From the NCBI RefSeq assembly GCF_036321535.1, contig NC_087436.1, positions 108,502,001-108,566,000 on the forward strand: a DNA stretch of 64,000 nt, read 5' to 3'. This document shows, in pieces, positions 37,785 through 50,240 of the stretch. Every line of letters begins with the position of its first letter. Position 1 is the stretch's first letter. The stretch comes from Camelus dromedarius. Lineage: Eukaryota. Both the position numbers and the translations under genes were made by a program. The notes below the pieces were generated by a model that worked only from the letters and a program-made list of their open reading frames with translations, ran no database searches and was not told the origin of the DNA.

Positions 37785-38140
37785 AAACATTGGCTCCACA
37801 GCATTTCACCAGATTAGTTCATATGTTGAAGTGCTAATATGATGGCAATCGGAGGTGGAACTTTGGAGAGGTAATTAGGTCAAGGGGGTGGAGCCCCCAT
37901 CGTAGAATTAGTGACCTTTAAAAAAAATAAGAGTGCTAGCCCCCTTTCTCTCTCTTTGCAATGTGAGAAAATGAGAAGACCACCATTGTAAACCAGAAAG
38001 AGGGCCTCCAACAAGAACCCAACAATACCAGCACCCTGATTTTGGACTTCTAGTCTCTAGAACTATGGAAAAGAAATGTTTGTTGTTTATGGCACTCAGG
38101 GTATGTTATTCTGTTACAGCAGCCTGAACAGACTAAGACA
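37785..38140 (+). mobile_element. MLT1A-like 3' LTR
   Basis: ttcatatgttgaagtgctaa...gcaccctgattttggacttc...ends cagcagcctgaacagactaagaca. Confidence 0.9.
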
Positions 38141-39835
38141 AGAGTGAACTGGAAATTAGGATGAGAGCTCACAAGTTACTATCTGTTTCCTCAACAACAA
38201 CAAAAACCCATAGTTTATTATCTTAGAAAGTTTCTAAAATTGTGATGTGGTTTATAATTAATCCGTACATTCAATGGAGTGTTTTTCTCAGGAGAGAAAA
38301 AAGTTGAGAGTAGACTGATAATGTGACCAAAATTTATGTCATCGTAGAATTAAAGCAATTATAGCATTTTGATGAAACTATTTACCTGTAAGAAAACACT
38401 GACATTACCCACTGGTGGGACACCCTACTGTTAAATTTCTCTCCCAAACTATAATAAATTTTCCTTCTGAGTTTAATTGGATGGCTGCTTGTAAGTTATA
38501 AGTCTAGAGAAAAGGATTCAAAATCAATTCATGCCCTTAAGAGTAATACAAAACAATGTGAAATTGTTGACTATTGGGAAGAGTTATAATTAAGATCTCT
38601 ATTTGGAAGCATAAAAATGAATCATGTGTCGAGGTCATGTTATTCTAGTAAGAAAAAGAATCATAATAGTAACACAAATAAGAATTTCTACCATTCATTT
38701 CTTCCTACTATGTGCCAGGCTGTGGATGCTCTGCCTTACAAATGTCCAGATAGTCATGGAGGAGGGTATGGTGGAACTGACGAGTCAGGAATAAAAACAC
38801 TGCTTCCTTTTAAGTATTTTAAGCCATATTATTTGAGAGTAACCCTGCCACCCTTCAATTGGTTTCATCCGTCATTTAAAAGCTTAAACTGATCTCTGGA
38901 AAAATCTGTCTCATGAGAGATTGTTCATCTTCCAAGAGTGATGCAGCTGTGTTTCATTATTGGGTGCACTGGCCGTGGTAAATGTGGATCCCTGGTCCTC
39001 ATTTCCGAGTTAACTAGCATTCTGTTGTCGCACACGTGACCACCATCTTTCAGCACTAGGAAGTATCCCTGACGTGCTCAGAAAGGGATTACATGGCACC
39101 AGTAAAACAAACTGGCCTATGGCAGCGCCCATTACCTGGTTTCCTTGTAGCTTAAAAGTCTTCAAAAGACCTATGTCCACCTTGATCATTTGTGAATTCT
39201 TTCCAGGCTTCCTATGTAGCAGCATAAGCTCCTGGTCTCATATTCCTTTAAAATATCATGTGCACCTTATCACACATTTTAACATTCAATAAACATGATT
39301 TCTTCTCTCTCTGCTGTCAGATACACAAAGTTCTCAGATGAGGACGTGCCTCGGATTACCAGATAAACAATGTGTTGTTTGTTCCCCCATGTATGTGCAC
39401 TCTATCAAATTCTGTCTTTGTTCAGAATATCTCTTTTGGACCATTTTGCTTCTTACTGTAATAAATGATAAAGAAATTGAATGCATAGAGTGGTTGCTTG
39501 GAAAAATGATACTAGCAGATTGAATTTCAGGGTAATGCTATTATTTTTGAAAGCCACAATTCTCTGATTTACTAGGATTTGCCTTTCTCTCCCTATCCAG
39601 GGAAGGATTACTGCTGACAAATTGTAACTCCTTTTCAAAATATTTACATTTTTCTTTCAAGGTTTCCTTATGAAACCTTTGAAACTCACAAATAAACTCT
39701 GTGAGGAAGGAGTTCCAGAGCAGCTGTGCCATCTAAATGTAATTACACATTTAATTTGCATGGGGCTTGGTAGGTGGAAGAATATGTAAACAGATTCTCA
39801 TCTCCATTGGCCATTAGGATTTCTTTTTTCTAGTC

Positions 39836-39860
39836 TTTTTTTTTTTTTTTTTTTTTTTTT
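39836..39860. repeat. Poly-T (25)
   Basis: Direct reading. Confidence 0.95.
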
Positions 39861-41289
39861 AAGGATAGCAAATAAGGTACAGATGTCCCTAGGTTTACTT
39901 TTAAAGCCTGTGGAGTTTAGGATGTTGGTTGTAACTATTTGCTAACCTTTATCTTTCGGTTACTGTTCATCTTGCCTGGTGTATCATCACATCTCCAGCA
40001 CCTGCTCCCGTTTTAGGAACATAAGAATTGCCTACCCACCCCCAAGACCCCCCAAAAAGCAAGGAGAAATTGTGCTCAGTTTGAAATGGTAAGATGAACG
40101 CCACACAGGCTGCACTCTGGTTACTCTGGGTGGGCCGTGTCCTCCTGTAGACCTGAAATCACGTCATCCAGTACTGCCAGGGGCTAAAGAGAGATTAGCT
40201 CCATGTCTGGCACAGTTAGTTAGATAGGGCATGAGGTCGGTGGTTTGCAGGCCCCAAGATTGTTTAGCAGGTGGTCCCAAGGTAAAAGAAGCAACAATAT
40301 AACCAGTTAACAGTACTAAGAAAAAGCCAAAAGCCCTCCCTGTTGTGTCTTCTTTCTGGGAGAATTGCAATTTTAGGATGAGCAAGATTAGTACTGAGAA
40401 GTGTGAAATGGTCAAAGCCATTAACACTGGCACCAAAATTTTGAAAGCTTCTTTGACACGCTTTTCTCGTATTTCTTAAGAATCGTGTTTCCTCACAAAG
40501 ATCACATTAGATTTTTTTCTTCTTCTTCTTCAATATTTAACAATAGGAATGGATTTGAACTACAAAGTTGTAGGTACTCAGGCACATTTGAATTGTCATT
40601 GATGTAGCTGAGGGCATAAAAAGGCGAAAAGAAATGCAAATTTTACAAATACCATGAAGTGGAAAGTGAAATTCCTAAATTTAGTGTTTTACTAGACCTC
40701 TGGCATTTGAATAAACTTTTTATAAACCTAAATAATTACTAAAAAGATTAACTTCTGTGAACATAATCTTTCTCAAGTGGTTTAAAAAATAAACCAAAGA
40801 GAGTAGAAGAGTTGAATTAACTGACTTTCAGAAGGAGAATTTTCACTTTGCATGGCAAGCATTTGTGTGTTTTGCTTTCCTATATACCTATCAGATGGCA
40901 ACCTCATGTTGAAGAAAGTGCTTCCTTCAGTGAATTATCATTGCGCTTTTCAAACATAAGTAGGTTTTTCATACAGTATTATGAAAAGCATTCTTATATT
41001 ACTGATGGACGTGAACTGCTTCTAGCAACAATGTATTTTGTTCTTCAAAATATTAATTGATAACACGGGTGGCATCTTAGACAACACTTATATTTCACTG
41101 ACGTTCTGTTTGATGGTGTAAGCTGCTTTCTGTTGAAGTTTAAAAGTGACAGGGAAGCTGGATGTACATTTCAAAAAGACATGGATGGAGTTATGAAGTA
41201 GGGGTGGTGGGAGGGGTTGATGCCTTTGAAAGCCTTGTTATCATCATTACGTTCAACAATTAATTGTACGTGTATTCGCTATGTAATAA

Positions 41290-41800
41290 TCGTGATACTG
41301 ACAGCAATTCTTCATGAAACCCTTGGCATGTATCAGGTATAATCCTATGTGTTTGGTATTTTTTTTTCTTTTACTCTTTACAATAGCTCTACAATGTAAG
41401 TATTATTCTCCTCATTTTATCGAAGAGGAAACCAATTAGGGAATTTAGCAGTTTTTCGCAAATATGTGTTTGCGTGTAGAGTCTGGTTTTATCCAGATTC
41501 AAATCCAGGTCTTTCTGAGTCTAAAGCTGACTTGGCTCCTCACCATGGCCCATTCTGCCTCCCCACTTTTCTTGAGGGTTTACCATGTGCTCAACTTCTT
41601 TCCAGAGTCTAAGGGTGGAATAGTGAACAGGCATGACTCCTGATTTTAGAGATATTGCTCTTTAGTTAGTGAGTTAGATCTTGAACAAATAGCTATATTA
41701 GTAACTAATCCATTACCATGATGGTTAATGCATGAAGGAAAAGTCCAGGCTGCTACTGTGGGAAGGGTGATAACACTCAATAGAGACAGAAAGTCCTAAC
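41290..41800 (-). mobile_element. MIR followed by L2 fragment
   Basis: cctcattttatcgaagaggaaac...gattcaaatccagg; ttgagggtttaccatgtgc. Confidence 0.7.
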
Positions 41801-42399
41801 ATACATTTGGAGGGATGGGCATTACCTATGTCAGGAAGCTTTTTTTAACGTAATTGCAAAAATCATCAATTCACGATACTCTTTCAACAGTGTGTGTTTA
41901 ATTTGCTAAAGACTGAACTGAGTTTCTTAGCAATTCTCTATACATAATATAGTCATAATTTTTAAAAACAGTAACATAAGAAATGTTACAGTAAATTATT
42001 GTTATTATCACCTTCAACATATTTTCATGCTAATTGGGAAGAGAGAAAAAGCCACACTTTGATTTAATGTCTTACTTGGGTCAAGTGCTTGTTAGGGATC
42101 TCTGGCTTGTGGTGGCTTGCCGCTGTGGATTTCGCAGTTTAAGTGATTAAAAGCAGGATACAGTTAGCCACAGGTTTTGCTTTGAAGATTTGTTTTTCCT
42201 CTGCTAATTTTTTCTTCAATCCAACAAGAAGCTGTCCCCTTTTATAAAACTGCATCTATAAGGCAATTGCAAAAGGAATTCTTTGGAACAGTGTTGTCAC
42301 CACTCAAAATTCATCAGGAAGATAATTCCGTGACAAAACTGTTAGGTATGACGAGCCTTTCCTCCACCTAAAGAGGTGGTATTCTTGGCTGCCCACCAA

Positions 42400-42640
42400 G
42401 TGCCAGTTGCTGCATGATTCATAAAGGTTTCCTCATTTTACTGTCACACCAACCTGATGAACTGAGAGTTGCTGCTGCAGTTACTGCTGTTGGTACTGTT
42501 AGACCCATTTGACAGATGAGAACATTGAGACTTAGAAACATTGAGTGAAATTCCTAAAGTCAAAGGCTAGTAAAGTACACAGTCAAGTTTCACTACCAGG
42601 GCTGCTGGCTACAGAGCCTGTCTCCTGCCACCCTAGCCAG
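42400..42640 (-). mobile_element. MIR
   Basis: cccatttgacagatgagaacattgagacttag. Confidence 0.75.
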
Positions 42641-44125
42641 GAGCTTATTCTGTATTTGCTGTCATTTTGTCTCAGTCCAGTTAGAATGGGAGCAGTAGAT
42701 TGTCAGGATGTATCAAGCATAGAGAGTGAATGATCTGCAGGTAGAATTAAAAACTTGCAGAAGAAGGAAATGCTGGACAAAGAGTAAGGAACATCTACCT
42801 GTCCTAGTGCCAGAGTCATCAGATTGCTGGTACAGACGGACCTGCAGGCAATATGTTCCTGGAAAATGATTCTCCTCTGTTCTTTTGAATAATAAAAACC
42901 CTATTACATTTCTCACCCAGCTTCCTCTGTTCCTAGCAGAGGACAAACAAGCACACTTAAAATAAGCAAAAATGAATTTCGATAAAATAAGTAGACATCT
43001 TCTCAGTGAGACTGAATGAGCAGGTGTTGCCCTTAGAGGTTATGCCCTTTGCAGTTTGCCACAGTCTCTTGTATGTTCCTCTGCCTTTAATAAATATCAA
43101 TGATCTTATTATCTATTACTTCTGCCATTAGATAACCCTTGAATTCTGCTGTCTCTAGTCATACACAGTGAGCTTCCTTGGAATTTCATATTTGCTTAGT
43201 TGGAATGAGAAACTTAAATGTGCATGTAAAATCACTGTTTGAAAAATAAATTTGCTGTGGTCTTGAGGATTGTCCGTAGTGGACCATACACCCATGTAAA
43301 TGGTAACATTGATGTTTATTGGTTTCAGCTGAGCTATCCCTTAGCGGTAACAAAAGAAATGAATTACTTATCACCATAGTGCCCAGAAGAAGATGAAATG
43401 AGAAAATACCCATGTTGCCTTAAGCCAAACATATGGAGTCTAGAAAAATGTTAAAATCAATGCCACCATAAAATACGATGATTGGTGGCCATCTTTTCCT
43501 CAAAACCTGAGTTTGGCTATTAAAAAAAAAAAAAAGAATTGAGAAAGGCAGGAAGGAAAATTGTATGTCTTACCCAAGTGTACAAAGTGCTGCTTGCTTG
43601 ACTGCTATCTAAATCCTACTTTAATAAGTGAATTTTTAAATAAGATTAGGAATTCGAACTAATTTCATTTAGAGATGCTTGATAAGGTGATATGTATACT
43701 TCAGGAGAATGTATTTATCTGTATTCTCTCTCTCTTACTTTACCCTGGGCCCAGTACTTGCTTCCCCAGAGTATATGGACTTTAAATATCTTCTGATATA
43801 CTTCAGTGGTTCTGTGACCACAGCAGGGGCCTTTGCTGGAAATATCTGTGGACATTGCTAGGTGTGTTTCAGTGTGAATTAGGCTAGATACATACTTCCC
43901 TCAGAAAATCATTGACTCCTTATGATAACTTGGCTGTCATCTTTAGGATAATAAAAGTTTGGTGTAGAAAACTATTAAAGTAATAAGAGAATAGCAGAGA
44001 GAAAGGAAAGAGGGAATAAATATTTTTCAAAAGGTATTATAGATATACTTGATAAAGTGTACATGTGAGCAGGAAGGCAAATAGAGGTAGTTATTTACTT
44101 GGGAATAAGAGTTAGGCTGTTTGTT

Positions 44126-44885
44126 GATAAATGCTGCAGAGGGTGTGTAGAATAGGGAGCCCTCCTACACTGTTGGTGGGAATGTAGTTTGGTGCATCCA
44201 GTGGAAAACAGTGTGGCGATTTCTTTAAAAATTGAAAATAGACTTACCCTATAATCCAGCAATCCCACTCGTGGGCATATATTCAGAGGAAATTCTAATT
44301 CGAAAAGGTACATGCACCCCACTATTCATAGCAGCAATATTTACAATAACAAAGGCATGGAAGCAACCTAAATGTCCATCGACTGATGACTGGGTAAAGA
44401 AGATGTGGTATATCTATACAATGACATACTACTCAGCCATAAAATATAATGCCATTTGCAGCAACATGAATGGACCTAGAGATTATCATATTAAGTGAAG
44501 AAAGTCAGAAAGAGAAAGACAAATACCACATGGTATCATGATGTGGAATCTAAAAATAAAAAAAGGACACAAATGAACTTATTTACAAAACAACAGACTC
44601 ACAGACATAGAAAACAAACTTATGGTTACCAGGGGGAAAGGATGTGGGGAGGGATAAATTGGAGTTTGAGATTTGTAGATACTAACTACTCTATATAAAA
44701 TAGACAAACAAGAAGGTCCTGCTATATAGCTCAGGGAACTATACTCAATACTTTGCAATGGCCTATATTGAAAAAGAATATGAAAAGGAATATATCTATA
44801 TATAAAACTGAATCACTATACTGTACACCAGAAGTTAACACAACTAACTCAACATTGTAAATCGACAATACTTAAAAAAAAAAAA
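44126..44885 (+). mobile_element. 5'-truncated L1 (cetartiodactyl/camelid type): ORF2 C-terminus, 3'UTR and A-tail
   Basis: ORF 44232-44498 LPYNPAIPLVGIY...TCTPLFIAAIFTITKAWKQPKCPSTDDWVKKMWYIYTM; degenerate TSD aagagttaggctgttt / aagacttcagctattt. Confidence 0.95.
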
Positions 44886-45269
44886 GACTTCAGCTATTTA
44901 TGATTGAAATCAAGAAAGGAAGGCATCTCTTAATACTGTAGACAAGAGAGAAAGTCTGTGTTTTGAGCCAGCCTTGTAAGATGTACCGAACTTTGAGCAA
45001 TGAGCAGTGCAGTTAAAGGGTCAGAAATGAAGAGGACAGTGGAAAAAAAAGTGGCAAAGAGCTTGTGTTCAGCCAGTAGAAATTATTCTTTCTGATGGTC
45101 TTCTCATTGCTGTTTGCTGGGGTAGCAGGTGGCTAGTGTGGACCCATTTGCCATTTGTGGAAATGAATGAAAAAAAAAAGAGTTAAACTTCTCTCTCAGA
45201 TAGGGAAAATGAACTGGAAGTATTTTGCCCCTAAGTATTAGCTGGAAAGATCCGGAAAGATGTTAATGA

Positions 45270-45390
45270 TAACGATCAGCTACCTTTTACTCAGAGATTT
45301 GACAAGCTTTCACATTCGCAGAACCTGGTAGGGCATGTATTTCTATCCCCTTTTCACAGGTGAGTAAACTGAGGCAGGCAAAAGAATGAA
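45270..45390 (-). mobile_element. MIR fragment
   Basis: ccccttttcacaggtgagtaaactgaggc core. Confidence 0.75.
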
Positions 45391-45760
45391 GCTATGGATC
45401 AGGGAGGAAAATTAGAATAAGAAAAGCTCCTGGCAAAGTGTGAGGTAAATGTCCAAGGAGGGAAATATAAAGACTTTCTCTGGAGCCTGGAAATCTGTGT
45501 AACTTACTGAGAAAAACAAAAACTTCCCTAAAATAAAAATCTGAGTCATAAGAAGATGAAATTTTCTCCGAAATCTGAGCACAATTTGAACTTTAGAGAA
45601 AACCGAACTTTTTTTTAAAGTCCAAATCAAGAGTGATGTGTACTCTGAGTTACACAAGATACGTGTTTCTAGACATTATACTAAAGGAGAACAACTTTTT
45701 GCAACTCTTGGCAATTTCGTATATAATAAAATTGTGTTTTCCTATTTGGATGTGCTTACC

Positions 45761-45780
45761 TAGTACCACCTGGTGGCAGC
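45761..45780 (-). promoter_or_regulatory. Candidate CTCF site
   Basis: Minus strand GCTGCCACCAGGTGGTACTA vs core CCASYAGRKGGCRS (near-palindromic). Confidence 0.55.
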
Positions 45781-46456
45781 TAAAAATATTTCAGGAAAGG
45801 AGAAGACTAAACATTCCCAATTTCTCAAATTTCAACTTCAGTCTCGGGAGGGAGACGTTAAGCACCAGAAATCTCACTGCTATGGGGTCCTGTGTGTTAG
45901 GCGGTTTGCACTCAGCGGAGAGCTAGCACTGAAGTCTCTTGCTGTGTTCCCAGTGCCGAGAAGCACCCCCACTGTTTATAAGGAACACGTTTTTGGGTGA
46001 ATTTTCCTTAGTCATAATTGGTAGATGTTTATTTCTTCATTCGCTTTCTCCCTGCTTCCAGGCGTTCGTGAATAAGACAGGCTTACTAGCAGTAGGAAAG
46101 CCGAGTAAGTGATCACAGGAGAGAGCAAACCGAGGTGGAACATACAGAGGTGTCAAACCTAACGCCCTGGCCTCATTAATCTCAGGTTACAGCTAATTGT
46201 GCTAACACTTCCCCGTCTCTCCCCCATCATTATGTAACAATGACTTTCCTTTCATCACTGGTTTAAACTGCTTTTTTAGATCTAGTCCCCTGAACATTTC
46301 TTATCTTCCTCAGGGAATTCTCCTGTAAAACATTTACTCAACCAGTATTGATTGAGTATCCACTATAGCCAGATGCTGTGCCAGATTCCAGGGATTTGAC
46401 ACTGACCTAGAGGGTTCAATGTCTACTCCTGTCGTTCTAACGGATGGAGAGGACAA

Positions 46457-46698
46457 TTGCTACTGCTGCTACCGCTACCACCACTGATCTACTTAGTGCT
46501 GCTGCTACTACTATTACCATTACTCTCACTACCACTATTACTACTACTATTACTACTACTAATTACTACTACTACTACCACTACTACCACTGATTTACTT
46601 AGTGCTGCTGCTACTATTATTACTATTACTCTTACTACCACTATTACTATTATTATTACTACTATTACTACCACTGCTACTACTGATTTACTTAGTGC
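46457..46698. repeat. (CTA/TTA/CTG)n low-complexity tract with ~93-106 bp higher-order tandem units
   Basis: ACTGAT(C/T)TACTTAGTGC recurs at 46483, 46589 and 46682. Confidence 0.9.
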
Positions 46699-46925
46699 CG
46701 CTCTGTGCCAAGCTCTATTCCAGGTGATTTCTTTTGATTAGTTTATTTAATTCTCATAACATCCCTATTAGGTAGGTACTATTTCTATCCCAATTTTGTT
46801 CATGAAGAAATTGAAGCGCAGGGAAGTTAAGTAACTTGCCTGTGGTCATCCAAACAATGAGTGGTAGAGATGAGATTCAAAACCCAAGCTGACTCCAGCG
46901 TCTGTTCTTAACCTCTGCTCTCTAC
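46682..46925 (-). mobile_element. MIR, near full length
   Basis: tttaattctcataacatccctattaggtaggtactatt...gaagaaattgaagcgcagggaagttaagtaacttgcc. Confidence 0.9.
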
Positions 46926-47029
46926 TACCTCTCAATAAACAAGAAAACAGTAGACAAGCCTGCTAACCAGCAGATCAACAGTAATTTACAGTAACAAGTA
47001 ATTACTTTACAATTATTGTGAAATAGGTT

Positions 47030-47510
47030 ACAAAATAAGCCATAAGGAAAGTCAAATGTAACAGTAGGCATAGGGTGTGGCGGTCTGGGAGGAGCGATGG
47101 GAGGATGATAGAGGAGTTGGGCTCCTCCTGACTGGGTAGCCAGAGAGGTCTCTGAGGAGATAACACTAGAGCTGAGATCTGAATATGAAGAGAGAATCCA
47201 TTCTGCAGAGATCGAGGTGTAAGAGCCACCCAGGCAGAAGGCACAGCGAGTGCAGAGGCAAGAGGAATGTTAGAGAAGGTTCAGGGAGCAGAACGACGGC
47301 TCCTGCCATTGGAGTGTGGAGAAAAAGATGTGGAGGGGATGATGTATAAGAGGTAGCAGGGCTGTGATCCTGCAGAGCCTTAAATAGGAAGGCAAAGAAT
47401 GAGAAAATGTCTTATCTGGTGCTGCAAACACTCTGCCTGTCCCTCTGAAGAGCCTCATTCTAATTGCGGTAAGCAGTCACTGGATGGCTTTGAGCAAGGA
47501 AATGAGGCAA
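47030..47510 (-). mobile_element. L2 fragment
   Basis: tctctgaggagataacactagagctgagatctgaat...caggcagaaggcacagcgagtgcagagg. Confidence 0.8.
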
Positions 47511-48276
47511 ACCCTTCCATCATCCAGGCTGTGTGTGCTAAAAAGTTTTCCTTATTCATAACTTCTACAGCATTTCTCAAGATATTTCACCGTGTACATA
47601 GGTGACCTGCATCTAATATTCCAAATATCCTTGCCTTATTCTGTCATTGAAAGGCCAACGGCTTTCTTTCTCTTGAGCATTCTTTTCCAGACATTCTTCT
47701 TTCTAATTGGTCTGAATGTCCACTTACAGCATCCAGTATCAGTGAAGGTATAGCCATAATTATATTTCCTCTGACTAAAAGCTACCATAGAGGCATTCTA
47801 ACAGTGCTGAAGGCGAATGAAATCATGTTTTATTGCTAGAAACTGGAGACTCTTTGGCATTTAGTAAAGCAAATGTTTGACCCAAGGGCACAATTGTACC
47901 AGTGTTAGTCATAAATCTCTTCTATGTTTGTTTTATTAAGTTTCAAGATTTTACTATCTGATAAATAATGTTCCCACAATGAATGCTAAAGGCCCAAAGA
48001 AAAGAATTATGGTGTCTGTAGTAATGGTATATGCAGTGAATGCAGTGAGGGCAGAAGAAAAGCTGCATAGTTGTCAAAAAAGGAGGCAGGGCTCACGCTT
48101 ATTCAAATACATGGAGTCTCTGAACTTTCTTAGCATTCTGCCTGTACCGACCACTGGTGCTTGACTTAAGCTGTCTATTAGATTGAAAACTCCCTAAGTA
48201 GAGTAGTTTTACAATTTTTTATGATCACAATATCAAGCATGACACCATGTAGTTTATAAGGTACATATGGTTAGTT

Positions 48277-48365
48277 TGAATGGATGGTTGGATGAATGGA
48301 TGAACAGATGGATAGATGGATGGAGGAACGGATGGATGAGTGGATGGATGGGTGAATGAACAGAT
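48277..48365. repeat. (GGAT)n-like tetranucleotide repeat
   Basis: Direct reading. Confidence 0.9.
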
Positions 48366-48994
48366 AAATAAGAATTCAGAGGCCTTGAGAGTCAGAGTGT
48401 GGTCTAAGTAATGCCCCCTCCTCCAGGGGAAACTTCGTGATGAGCAAACCAGAAGATCTAACATGTGATCTGAAATACCACTGATAATCAGTCTTAAGAG
48501 AAGTTTCAACTTTAGTGTCTAGAGAGTGGCTGATTTTTCCTCTCCTCTTTTCAGGTGTGGAGCCAGGCAAGTCAAGGACATTTAATCAAATAATATTAAT
48601 TGACAAAGCTTGTCAGTCTACCCTGACCCCTTCTTAGACTAACTCTTTAGTTCTTAGCTGCCTGTCACTTCCTTAAGGAATGTATTCCTAACCCCCAAGT
48701 CAGGTTGAGTGCCCATCTCAGGTGCCACTACTGCACAAGAATATACTGTAATTGCTATGTAAATGTCACATCACGTTGTTTCAAGTTATATCCTCAGTGT
48801 TTGAAACCTAGTATATACTAAAATTAGCAAAGAGTTTGCCTTAGTGGAAGAAGTCACTCTACCTGGAGTCTAAATTTAAAACAGATCCTTCTTTCTAATA
48901 TAAGCCTTTAAGTATATCCCTGTAATCAGAAGATTAGGATGTTACTATATAAACACGTTGTGGTCAGTGTTGTATTTACTACATGAAGATACTG

Positions 48995-49036
48995 TAGATT
49001 GATAGATTGATAAATAGATAGATAGATAGATAGATA
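48995..49036. repeat. (GATA)n tetranucleotide repeat
   Basis: Direct reading. Confidence 0.92.
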
Positions 49037-49829
49037 ATTTGCATTTTTAATTGAGATGTGCTATCTGTGAAGGCCTAATTTAGTCATTCTTATGTATATT
49101 TGCCTAGAAGTATTCAAAGTAGGAGGGGCGTGGGGGAGCACATGGAGGAGAGAAACCATTGCAACTCACCAACATTAAAAAAAAATTATATTTTAATATT
49201 TCTAAAGTAGAACTCTAAACACACAGTTATTTTAGTATTTGTTATTGTAAATCAATCTTTTTTCTTGTTTGTAAACAACATAAATAAAAAAGCATTATTG
49301 GAATTCTAGTCATAAACTCTGGAACTGGAAGTCTGATTCACGTAATTAATCTGGAGTTACTTTAAGAGCATTTTAAGTATTTATTTATGGATTCTGGAAG
49401 GACACAGAAGTCAGATTTATGAGAGTCTGGGCAATTGTGTTTTTAGGCATTTATTAAAAATGGTGTCATCATAAACATTTCAGTGTATTTGTGTTCTTTG
49501 TGGACTTCCTACTTGAATAATTAGATGCAATGGAAAGATTACTTGATTTCTTAGCAGCCTGTTACAAGTCCTTGATGGAAAAAAAAAATTTATTATCTGA
49601 ACAATCTCCTCAGCCACCACCATCACTGTTACCTCAGTGACCTGCTCTGTACTTTGCACAGCGCATGACCCATAGAGGGGGCTCCATGAGTTGGCATTGG
49701 GGTCAAGATTAAATGGCAGATGATGTAGACTGTATTTTAAGGAGACGGATAGCTAAAAGAAAAAAATAAATAAGATGTCATTTGGAAGAGGACAGGGTAC
49801 AAAAAAAGCATTGTTTTCTTATCTAGTAT

Positions 49830-50240
49830 AAAATTAGCATAAATTTGTTGTAAGAAATTTAGAAAATTCAGAGAAAATTAAAGCACCCTGATCTCACGAG
49901 CCAAAAATGACATTCTAATCTTTTTTCATTGTATCGACCCACACACATACTAATTTATATGATTTTTAAAACAAATCTGAGATATTTGCTCATGACTAAC
50001 ATTTTTCCCATGTCATTTGTTAATTTTCCAAAACATTCCAGCATCTCTCTCTCTCTCTCTCTCTCCACGTATATATATCTTAATGTATTTAACCAATCTA
50101 TATTCTTGGCCATTTGGGCATTTTCCAATGTTTGCTACTATGTTTCCACAATGGCCATCCTTGAGCAAAAATATTTAGAGACATCTCTATTATTTTCTTA
50201 GCATAGATTTAAGGGAAGTATAATTTGTGGATTGAATATG
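49830..50240 (-). mobile_element. L1ME-like fragment containing (CT)n
   Basis: tatttaaccaatc...catttgggc...ttccaatgtttgctact; (CT)n at ~50045-50065. Confidence 0.6.

Noticed and set aside
44232..44698. ORFs of 88 and 67 aa
   Set aside because: Frameshifted L1 ORF2 end and 3'UTR
46457..46741. Poly-Leu/Thr ORF, or a CRISPR-like array of 17-nt repeats
   Set aside because: The ORF is translated trinucleotide repeat; the 'spacers' are homologous microsatellite; the context is mammalian with no cas genes
49667..49686. CTCF-like AGAGGGGGCTC
   Set aside because: The left half of the motif does not match
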